36,430 nt of DNA from Candidatus Saccharimonadota bacterium (GTDB lineage Bacteria > Patescibacteriota > Saccharimonadia > Saccharimonadales > UBA10212): contig JAICWR010000004.1 in the NCBI GenBank assembly GCA_025934715.1, positions 1-36,430 of the forward strand, written 5' to 3'. Positions 28,456 to 35,521 of this stretch are shown here, piece by piece. A model generated the notes under the pieces. That model worked only from the letters and a program-made list of their open reading frames with translations. It did no database searches and was not told where the DNA came from. Position 1 is the first letter of the stretch. Each line of letters opens with the position of its first letter. The position numbers and the translations under genes were made by a program.

Positions 28456-30249
28456 ATGGCAAGAATAGACGATGAGACGAAGCGGCGCCTGGCCCGTAAG
28501 ATGCGGCGCCGGCGCCGCAGCGCGGTTCAGCTCAGCCAGCAAGCGGATGAGCAAATAGAACGGTTGCTAATCAAACGCTTTGGCCGCCTAGCTTCGGTTA
28601 GGCGTTTCGTGGTGCTTTGGATCACTCTGCTTTTAGTGCTTATTCTGGCTGGCGTTCACCAGCTGCTCGGCCTGTCAAATTATTACCAGGATCTCCGGCC
28701 GGTGCCCGGCGGCCTATACACCGAGGGGGTCATAGGTAATTTCACTGACGCTAACCCGCTTTATGCCACGGGCGCGGCCGACACAGCGGTCAGCAGGCTG
28801 GTGTTTTCCGGACTATTTAAATACGATAACCATAATCGGCTTGTCGGAGATCTTGCCCAAGACTACAGCCTCATCGGTCCCCAGCAAACTCGTTACATCG
28901 TGCATCTTAGGCATGGCCTTAAGTGGCAAGACGGCAAGCCTCTGACAGCTAATGACGTCGTCTTCACTTACCAAACCATTCAGAATATCGAAGCGGAGTC
29001 GCCTCTGTACTCCAGCTGGAGCGGCATTAAGGTGACAGAACAAGACCCATACACTGTAGTTTTTGACTTGCCCAATTCACTCAGCGCTTTCCCGTACTCT
29101 TTGACTAACGGGATAATTCCGGCGCACCTGCTTAGTGATATCCAGCCGGCCGACCTGCGTAGCGCGCCGTTTAACACCCAACCGGTCGGTAGCGGACCAT
29201 TTGAATGGAAATTCATAGACGTCACTGGGGGTACCAGTACCGACCGTCAACAGCGAATCAGCCTGGCCGCCTTTAAGAATTATGCCGGTGGCCAGCCAAG
29301 GTTGGATGGTTTCAACCTAATCACTTATTCCGACGAACAGCATATGCTCTCGGCCTTTAGCTCTAAACAAATAGGCGCCATGAGCGGCCTTGACGACTTG
29401 CCCGACTCGCTTAAAAACGACAAGAGCGTCCAAACCTATGTGACGCCGCTCACCACCGCCGTGATGGTTTTTTTCAAAAACTCCGAACCGCCATTTAACG
29501 ACTTATCGGTCAGGCGAGCCCTGGTTCTAGCAGTGGACCGCAGTCAGCTTGACGGCCTGTTCGACAGGCCGGTGCAGCTGGTCGACAGCCCGCTGCTAAA
29601 GGACCAGCTCGGTTACAATCCAACGCTGACCGAACCGGCGTTTAATTTGACAGCAGCTAAACAAGTGCTGGCAGCCGACGGCTGGACGCCCGGCAATAAT
29701 GGCATGATGGTCAAAAAAGGCCAGCCGCTGACTTTCACTTTGACGGCACCGGACACCCCGGACTATACAAAGACGGCCCAGTTCCTGCAGGCGGAATGGC
29801 AGCAGCTAGGGGTCAAACTCCAAGTTAATTATTACGATAACGAAGACCTTCAAACTTCCGTGGTGGCCGACCACAGCTATCAGGCTCTGCTCGACGGCAT
29901 AAGTATCGGCGTTGATCCAGATGTGTATGCTTTTTGGGACAGTTCCCAGGCCTCAATAACTTCGGCTGGCCATCTGAACCTGAGCGAGTATAAATCAACT
30001 ATCGCCGACAGGGCCGTCGAGGCCGCCCGGACTCGCTCGGACGCCAAAGTCAGGTCAGTCAAATACACCCAGTTCCTGACCCAATGGCGAAATGACCTGC
30101 CAGCCCTGCCCCTATATCAGCCAAACTACCTATATATAACCCGTGGCCAGGTTTTCAACTATCAGCGGACAGCCGATAACTCCGCGGCCGACCGGTTTGA
30201 TAATGTGAACAATTGGATGGTCCGTCAAAAGCGGGTGACCGTGCAATAG
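28456..30249 (+). CDS. Family 5 (OppA/DppA-like) ABC substrate-binding protein, membrane anchored
   Basis: LVFSGLF, GDLA, KWQDGKPLTANDVVFT, PVGSGPF, VRRAL; N-terminal TM anchor. Confidence 0.88.
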   Translation: MARIDDETKRRLARKMRRRRRSAVQLSQQADEQIERLLIKRFGRLASVRRFVVLWITLLLVLILAGVHQLLGLSNYYQDLRPVPGGLYTEGVIGNFTDANPLYATGAADTAVSRLVFSGLFKYDNHNRLVGDLAQDYSLIGPQQTRYIVHLRHGLKWQDGKPLTANDVVFTYQTIQNIEAESPLYSSWSGIKVTEQDPYTVVFDLPNSLSAFPYSLTNGIIPAHLLSDIQPADLRSAPFNTQPVGSGPFEWKFIDVTGGTSTDRQQRISLAAFKNYAGGQPRLDGFNLITYSDEQHMLSAFSSKQIGAMSGLDDLPDSLKNDKSVQTYVTPLTTAVMVFFKNSEPPFNDLSVRRALVLAVDRSQLDGLFDRPVQLVDSPLLKDQLGYNPTLTEPAFNLTAAKQVLAADGWTPGNNGMMVKKGQPLTFTLTAPDTPDYTKTAQFLQAEWQQLGVKLQVNYYDNEDLQTSVVADHSYQALLDGISIGVDPDVYAFWDSSQASITSAGHLNLSEYKSTIADRAVEAARTRSDAKVRSVKYTQFLTQWRNDLPALPLYQPNYLYITRGQVFNYQRTADNSAADRFDNVNNWMVRQKRVTVQ

Positions 30250-30258
30250 TCTGCGAAT

Positions 30259-30286
30259 AAAAAACTCCCTTTCAGGGGAGTTTTTT
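30259..30286. terminator. Bidirectional intrinsic terminator between the substrate-binding protein gene and the tRNA-Cys/Leu pair
   Basis: AAAAAACTCCC-tttcag-GGGAGTTTTTT between convergent genes. Confidence 0.8.
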
Positions 30287-30370
30287 GGTGGGAAGAGAGG
30301 GACTCGAACCCTCAAGCCTTGTGGCAACGGATTTTAAGTCCGCAGCGTATACCAGTTCCGCCATCTTCCC
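30286..30370 (-). tRNA. tRNA-Leu (anticodon TAA)
   Basis: Reverse complement is GGGAAGATGGCGGAACTGGTATACGCTGCGGACTTAAAATCCGTTGCCACAAGGCTTGAGGGTTCGAGTCCCTCTCTTCCCACCA: cloverleaf with long variable arm and encoded CCA. Confidence 0.96.
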
Positions 30371-30374
30371 GGGC

Positions 30375-30448
30375 TGGAGGCGCGTACGGGATTCGCACCC
30401 GTGTGAAAGGTTTTGCAGACCTACGCCTAACTCCTCGGCCAACGCGCC
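30375..30448 (-). tRNA. tRNA-Cys (anticodon GCA)
   Basis: Reverse complement is GGCGCGTTGGCCGAGGAGTTAGGCGTAGGTCTGCAAAACCTTTCACACGGGTGCGAATCCCGTACGCGCCTCCA; U73 discriminator and CCA. Confidence 0.93.
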
Positions 30449-30585
30449 TCGATTGGCAAAACTGGAAAAATCGGAAGGTCAGTACAATTATACTAAATTC
30501 ACCTCTTATATATTGCTAAAATCGGTCAAAAACGGTATTGTTTAATCACTAAGCAAAATAAAGAGGTGGGTAGAAGGGGTAGCCA

Positions 30586-30726
30586 ATGAGCTGGGATTGG
30601 AGCTCACCTATTGCACTGGGCATTTTTTTGCTGATGTGCGGCGGCACCGTGGTCTTAATTGGCCTCGGCGCGTCACTTGCTGCCAGCAGCGCCCGCTGGA
30701 CCAGCGGTTCAAACCGACGCCGCTAA
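30586..30726 (+). CDS. 46-aa small membrane protein (not in ORF track)
   Basis: MSWDWSSPIALGIFLLMCGGTVVLIGLGASLAASSARWTSGSNRRR*, with purine-rich AGAAGGGG upstream. Confidence 0.6.
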   Translation: MSWDWSSPIALGIFLLMCGGTVVLIGLGASLAASSARWTSGSNRRR

Positions 30727-30789
30727 TTTAACAGCACCAACAAAGTCGCTAATACTTTCTAAAATAAAAATCCGAATAAAAACTTCACA

Positions 30790-30819
30790 TAAAATTCCCA
30801 TCATATGATGGGAATTTTA
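30790..30819. repeat. Perfect 30-bp palindrome (probable bidirectional terminator)
   Basis: TAAAATTCCCATCAT|ATGATGGGAATTTTA, between convergent ORFs. Confidence 0.8.
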
Positions 30820-30839
30820 GTTCTTAAACGCTACTTGCT

Positions 30840-31382
30840 CTAGTAAGGGTAACCCGAACCGCTGGAAGAAGCCGGCTGGGTGGAACTGGAGCTAGGCTGG
30901 GAGGCCGCGGCCGAAGAGGGCATGGCCACAGAGAAATTCTGAACTCCGTTGCCAGTGACTTGGGTGCCGCTATCGCCAGTGAAGAAGTAAAGCGGATGTC
31001 CGTTGTAAACGTACTGGACCTGTCCGTTATCAGACCGGGTGAGGGTCGTGATTCCCGACGGCAGGCTTGCAGTGGAAGCTTTAGCCGTGTAGGCGGGCCA
31101 GTTCGAGAGGCACGAGCCGGTGCAGTTACTCTTATTTGTGCTGTCGCCGTTGAAGAAGTACAAAGGCTTGCCGCTAGGGTCGGTCAGGATCTTTCCCAGC
31201 TGGGGATCGGTTTTAGTTAGTACAATCGAATTGTTAGTGGCCGGTGTGTTAGCGGTTTGGGAAGTTGTCCCGGGCGAATTGTTCGTGGAAGGGCTGGAGG
31301 ACTTATGGAAAACGGCGAATAAAATCGCGGCGATCACCACCACGACGATTACGCCTATCACTCCCTTGATACTTCTACTCAT
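30840..31382 (-). CDS. COG4315-like secreted repeat protein (Yx(FWY)xxD motif)
   Basis: GKPLYFFNGD...C.GSC..NWP and QYVYNGHPLYFFTGD repeats; N-terminal TM/signal segment. Confidence 0.85.
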   Translation of the reverse strand: MSRSIKGVIGVIVVVVIAAILFAVFHKSSSPSTNNSPGTTSQTANTPATNNSIVLTKTDPQLGKILTDPSGKPLYFFNGDSTNKSNCTGSCLSNWPAYTAKASTASLPSGITTLTRSDNGQVQYVYNGHPLYFFTGDSGTQVTGNGVQNFSVAMPSSAAASQPSSSSTQPASSSGSGYPY

Positions 31383-31441
31383 TCCTATCTCCTAATTAGT
31401 TTATTGCACTAAATAATATTTTACTGAAAAAAACCTGAAAA

Positions 31442-32050
31442 TCAGTCAAACGAACCAGTCTTAACCTCGCCAGCCCTTTCGTAGTTAGCCAAAATAATTC
31501 CGCTGTGCAACGCTTTAGAATCCTGTAGCTTATAAGCGGCTGGGATTGTCCCAGTACCGAATAAGCGTTTTCCGTCCCCAAGTGTAATCGGGTAAATTCT
31601 TAATCGCAGCTCATCAATCAAGTCGTTTTTTAGCAGCGTCTGTATGAGCACACTACTGCCCCACACATGGAACACCGGGCCATCTTCTTTTTTTAAAGCC
31701 TTTAGCTTGGCTACTACATCACCGCTGATAAGCACTGACTCTTTCCAGCTAAGGCCCGGGTCTTTACTGGCCACAACGTATTTTGTGCATCTATTAAACG
31801 GGTCGCCCACCATGCCTTTTTGCTTGGGCCAATAAGTTTTCCAAAGATCATAAGTTTTTCTGCCCAACAGCAAGTCAAAAGGCACGCTTAGTTCTTTTTG
31901 AAGAATTGGCTCCATAGCTTTATCGGAAAACGGCGCGGTCCAGCCGCCATATTTAAAACCTTCCGCCTCATCTTCCTTTGATCCACCCGGAGCCTGCATG
32001 ACACCGTCCAGGGTAAGCATCATAAAAACAACTATCTTCCTCATACCCAT
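31442..32050 (-). CDS. Dihydrofolate reductase / RibD C-terminal family protein
   Basis: TLDGVMQAPGG, LLLGRKTY, WGS..LIQTLL..DLIDE, P.TLG.GKRLF. Confidence 0.9.
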   Translation of the reverse strand: MGMRKIVVFMMLTLDGVMQAPGGSKEDEAEGFKYGGWTAPFSDKAMEPILQKELSVPFDLLLGRKTYDLWKTYWPKQKGMVGDPFNRCTKYVVASKDPGLSWKESVLISGDVVAKLKALKKEDGPVFHVWGSSVLIQTLLKNDLIDELRLRIYPITLGDGKRLFGTGTIPAAYKLQDSKALHSGIILANYERAGEVKTGSFD

Positions 32051-32132
32051 ATCTTAGCAAAAAACACTAAGTTTCGTCAGACCTGTGACACTTTAATTTA
32101 CCTAGTATTTTTGATAGAATTTACCCTGTTAT

Positions 32133-32209
32133 GCGGGTGTAGCTCAGTTGTTTAGAGCGCTTCCTTGCCAAGGAAGAGGCCGTGAGTTAGAGTCTCATCA
32201 CCCGCACCA
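32133..32209 (+). tRNA. tRNA-Gly (anticodon GCC)
   Basis: GCGGGTGTAGCTCAGTTGTTTAGAGCGCTTCCTTGCCAAGGAAGAGGCCGTGAGTTAGAGTCTCATCACCCGCACCA. All four stems pair; TGATAGAAT -10 element upstream. Confidence 0.93.
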
Positions 32210-32570
32210 TCCTTCGACAGGCTCAGGATTGGTGACTATGTATTATCTGTATATTCTTGAATGTGACGATGCCTTTTTATACGTTGGCATTACTAAAGAC
32301 GTGGAGAGAAGGCTCGCTCAGCATCGGAGCAAATATTCACCTCACACAAAGCGTTATAAGAAATTAGAATTAGTCCATACTGAAGAATTTGTGACCAGGG
32401 CAGATGCTGAGCATAGAGAAAGACAGCTCAAGGGGTGGTCAAGGGCCAAGAAAAAGGCATTAATCGAGCAAGATTTTGAAAAACTTACGTTTCTAAGCCA
32501 ATCTAGCCTGTCGAAGGATGGTGCCAAGAGTTTACCCTGAGCTTGCCGAAGGGTCTCATCACCCGCACCA
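32192..32570 (+). mobile_element. Mini-island at tRNA-Gly: GIY-YIG gene between 18-bp direct repeats and REP-like inverted repeats
   Basis: GTCTCATCACCCGCACCA at 32192-32209 and 32553-32570. Perfect 20-bp inverted repeat at 32204-32223 / 32505-32524. Further 15/17 inverted copy at 32536-32552. Confidence 0.75.
32238..32540 (+). CDS. Small GIY-YIG nuclease (UPF0213/YhbQ-like)
   Basis: MYYLYILECDDAFLYVGITKDVERRLAQH...AEHRERQLKGWSRAKK. Start moved to ATG 32238 because the track start lies inside the tRNA. Confidence 0.9.
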   Translation: MYYLYILECDDAFLYVGITKDVERRLAQHRSKYSPHTKRYKKLELVHTEEFVTRADAEHRERQLKGWSRAKKKALIEQDFEKLTFLSQSSLSKDGAKSLP

Positions 32571-32655
32571 ATGAATCTTTGAATATCAGCACCAAATGCG
32601 GCTGGGGCAACCACACACGTCTTTTTTACCGGCTTGGTGTATGATTTAGGTACAC

Positions 32656-33753
32656 ATGCGTATCGGCATATTATCCGCTCAACTTAGCGAGCTGGATAAC
32701 AGGGAAAACAGGCGCTTTGCAAGAGAAATCCTGCTACTGGGCCACCGCGCCGTAATTATAAACTATCGTGATGCCGTTATCGTAACGACCAAAAATAAAC
32801 AAGTGCTGTATCAACCCAACCGGCAGGGAATATTAAGGCCGGTCAGGGTCCATGCCGTAATCCCACGTATTAACGAAGCTGACTCCAAGTCAATAAATCT
32901 CGGCACCTTGGCCCTTGAGTGTTTGATAGCCGGCGGAGCCTACTCAACGGCTTCGCCATCTGCAATCAGACTATCCAAAGATAAAACGCACAGCCTGCTT
33001 GCTATGTCTAGCGCCGGGATCACTACCCCAAGGACGGCCGCTATCTCCACCTCCGCAGACAAGGTGCTTGACCTTGAAAAAGTCCTTAAGGTGGTTGAAC
33101 CAACCGCTAACAGAAGATTAATCATCAAAACCAATATAGGCACAGGCGGCAAAGGTGTGATGCCGGCTAACTCCAGAGGCGAAGCCCGGGCGATAGTGGA
33201 GGGTTTTTTATCAAACTCAATACCGATACTTTTGCAACAGTTTATTGAGCCGACTAAAAAAGATCACTATATAGACTTTAGGATTTACGTAATAAATGGA
33301 AAATACGCCGGCACTATGATTCGCGAAGCTACTCGTCCCGGGGAAGTTCGGGCAAACATAGACCTGGGAGGCAAAGCAATCTTCTACCAGCCGACTCAAG
33401 AAGAAATAAAAATGGCCGAGGCGGCATGCGAAGCGGTGGGCTTAACGATTGCCGGCGTCGATATCATACCTTCTGGCAATAAGCGTTTTGTGATCGAAGT
33501 GAATAGCAGCCCTGGGTTCGCTTTTGAGGAAATCACCGGGACGAATTTAGTTAAAAGAATGGCGCGCCAGGCAATCGCTGGCGTTGATTTGGATCAGGTG
33601 TCAGCGCCAACCAAGATAAAAGAGGTGCTTAATACACCTGTGCCAATTCCTACCCCTAAAGTTATCAGAAAGGCCCGGCCCAAGATCAGCAAAGCCCTTT
33701 CGCCCGAGGCGATTAAACAAATCAGGATCAAAGTCAAATCAATCTCCGAGTAA
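32656..33753 (+). CDS. RimK-family ATP-grasp ligase
   Basis: AVIPRI, KDK, IIKTNIGTGGKGV, LLQQFI, DFR, RANIDLGG, GVD, EVNSSPG; basic C-terminal extension. Confidence 0.88.
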   Translation: MRIGILSAQLSELDNRENRRFAREILLLGHRAVIINYRDAVIVTTKNKQVLYQPNRQGILRPVRVHAVIPRINEADSKSINLGTLALECLIAGGAYSTASPSAIRLSKDKTHSLLAMSSAGITTPRTAAISTSADKVLDLEKVLKVVEPTANRRLIIKTNIGTGGKGVMPANSRGEARAIVEGFLSNSIPILLQQFIEPTKKDHYIDFRIYVINGKYAGTMIREATRPGEVRANIDLGGKAIFYQPTQEEIKMAEAACEAVGLTIAGVDIIPSGNKRFVIEVNSSPGFAFEEITGTNLVKRMARQAIAGVDLDQVSAPTKIKEVLNTPVPIPTPKVIRKARPKISKALSPEAIKQIRIKVKSISE

Positions 33754-33774
33754 CGGCCCTAGGTGTTAACGTGC

Positions 33775-34263
33775 CTAGGCGTTGACGTGGAAGCTGAGTG
33801 TGGCCAGGGTGACTTGCTTGTTATGGCTGTTGTAGTACATGGTTGCGGTGCAGTCAGCCGAGCCGCCGGTCCAAGCGCCCGAGGTCAGCTTTAAGAAATC
33901 CTGATAGGCGAATGGGTTTCCACTGTAGAAAGATGCGTCAGCATGCAGCACTAACACCCCGTTTTGATAGCAGGCGGTTTTAACAGAAGGAGCTGAGGTG
34001 GCGCCAGAGGAAACGCTGTATGTGATCGTATCGTTATAGTTGGGCAGGCCATCATTATTAAGATCATCGGATAACACCAAACTAAGGGTGTTACCACCAC
34101 CACCATTTCCACCCTTATGGGGCGCGGCCAGGCTTACCCAAAGGGCAAAAGCTCCAACTAGGGCGAACACCAAAACGTACATCACAAAATCGCGGTGCGA
34201 GAACGTTGCCTTCTTTTTGACCGAATTAGATTTTCTTTTTGCCATTTTTCTTTTCCTAACCAT
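33775..34263 (-). CDS. Hypothetical secreted/membrane-anchored protein
   Basis: Basic N-terminus, TM helix, DLNNDG (Ca-loop-like) and two Cys. Confidence 0.75.
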   Translation of the reverse strand: MVRKRKMAKRKSNSVKKKATFSHRDFVMYVLVFALVGAFALWVSLAAPHKGGNGGGGNTLSLVLSDDLNNDGLPNYNDTITYSVSSGATSAPSVKTACYQNGVLVLHADASFYSGNPFAYQDFLKLTSGAWTGGSADCTATMYYNSHNKQVTLATLSFHVNA

Positions 34264-34289
34264 ATTGTGGGCTTAAATTCTTATGATTG

Positions 34290-34317
34290 ACTATATCTGT
34301 ATCCTTAACTATGTCAA
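34290..34317 (-). promoter_or_regulatory. Sigma70-type promoter
   Basis: Minus-strand TTGACA-N16-TATAGT upstream of 33775..34263. Confidence 0.6.
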
Positions 34318-34341
34318 TGGGGCTGTGGATAAATAGGGAAT

Positions 34342-34370
34342 AAAAAGCGCGGGCCGGTCGAGCGGCCCGC
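34342..34370 (-). terminator. Intrinsic terminator
   Basis: GCGGGCCG/CGGCCCGC stem followed by a T-run on the minus strand. Confidence 0.65.
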
Positions 34371-34436
34371 ACCACAATTTGTTTGTTTGGTTTTATTGTA
34401 AACTGTCCGCTTGTGGATTTTTGGTGTGATATTTAC

Positions 34437-34877
34437 TTAGGCCATCATGGCGCCGATAATCAGCCCCATCACAAAGAGCGTGACCAGCCGGTTGCCTAAG
34501 TTTATATAAAGTTTAGTTTTGGGTCGCGGATCAAACACGTCGTGCGCGACCAAAGCCGTGGCAGCAAACCCCACCCAGCTCAAAAAAGCCACGTCTAGAG
34601 CCGATGCCATCCAGCTGACACCCAGGTAACTATGTACGTACACAGTGAAAAGTGACATCACATAAGCTGTCAAAAACGAAACGATGAGCAAGATCGGCAT
34701 CACTTTAGCCCGGCCCCGCCTCATTTCCTTTTCAGTCACCCCTAGGGCTTCGCCCCAAGCCGGTCCAAACAGGAGCGGGCTGTACCAGATAATTCCGACA
34801 ACGATTGCCGACAGCCCGGCTAGTATCCACCCCCATACACTTACATGCGCGTATAAATGCGTGCTAAACGTATTCAT
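34437..34877 (-). CDS. DUF1761-family membrane protein
   Basis: G.IWYSPLLFGPAW, WVGF and IN.G motifs; four TM helices. Confidence 0.82.
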   Translation of the reverse strand: MNTFSTHLYAHVSVWGWILAGLSAIVVGIIWYSPLLFGPAWGEALGVTEKEMRRGRAKVMPILLIVSFLTAYVMSLFTVYVHSYLGVSWMASALDVAFLSWVGFAATALVAHDVFDPRPKTKLYINLGNRLVTLFVMGLIIGAMMA

Positions 34878-34978
34878 TTTATTGCTCCCACATTACATGG
34901 TTGGATTATACGCCCGAAGCCTTAGCCGGACAATACGGCAAAAGCGGAGTATAATAAGGGTAGAGCCGAGGTGGCTTT

Positions 34979-35218
34979 ATGAACAACGGTGAATTTGAGC
35001 GGCGCGTCGAAAAGGTCCGGCAAACCAGGGAATTTGGCCGGCAGATCAGCCGGTTTCTTGGAGATTTGACGCTTAAGCTAGTGGCTTTGGGCCGCAGCAA
35101 GTCCGTGGAGCAAGACGTGTCAAAGATTGGCAATGAAGCCTTCCGCGAAAAATTCGGCTACGACCTACTCGATGAAGCCTTGCCGGATGTGGAAAAAACC
35201 GGCAAGAGCGATGAATAA
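34979..35218 (+). CDS. Small hypothetical protein
   Basis: 79-aa charged ORF with GAGGTGG Shine-Dalgarno and TATAAT upstream. Confidence 0.55.
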   Translation: MNNGEFERRVEKVRQTREFGRQISRFLGDLTLKLVALGRSKSVEQDVSKIGNEAFREKFGYDLLDEALPDVEKTGKSDE

Positions 35219-35264
35219 AGATTAGCCCAAACTAGTAATAAAATACTTGACTTGTTAAGTATTT

Positions 35265-35444
35265 TTATTCGTGCCTGGCTTTGAAGATGGTTTGGAAGGC
35301 GAAGTACATCACAGGGAGGCTTAGGATACCGGTTATGAACTGGGGCAAGCTGGTGGCTTCGCCCGGCTTAGCGATGTCGTGGAAGAACAAAAAATCCACG
35401 AACACGAATCCAATAATAATTGTTAAACTTAGTATTTTTTTCAT
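35265..35444 (-). CDS. 59-aa two-TM small membrane protein (not in ORF track)
   Basis: MKKILSLTIIIGFVFVDFLFFHDIAKPGEATSLPQFITGILSLPVMYFAFQTIFKARHE*, with TATAAT shortly upstream on the minus strand. Confidence 0.7.
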   Translation of the reverse strand: MKKILSLTIIIGFVFVDFLFFHDIAKPGEATSLPQFITGILSLPVMYFAFQTIFKARHE

Positions 35445-35472
35445 TGAACGTATTTATTATATACCACTTATG

Positions 35473-35500
35473 AAAAAGAGCCCGAATTTTCGGGCTCTTT
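35473..35500 (-). terminator. Intrinsic terminator of 35522..35893
   Basis: AAAGAGCCCGAA-tt-TTCGGGCTCTTT with a T-run on the minus strand. Confidence 0.8.
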
Positions 35501-35521
35501 CGCTGTTGTTTGGAGTAAAAC

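Noticed and set aside
30130-30545. Short ORFs 30130..30327, 30285..30545 and 30319..30519
   Set aside because: They overlap tRNA-Leu/tRNA-Cys and a terminator.
32148-32237. N-terminal extension of the GIY-YIG ORF
   Set aside because: It lies within tRNA-Gly and the repeat; the domain begins at ATG 32238.
34324-34332. Perfect DnaA box (TGTGGATAA) as a replication origin
   Set aside because: There is one perfect box and one weak match at 34412, with no box cluster or dnaA/dnaN nearby; at most a promoter-proximal site.
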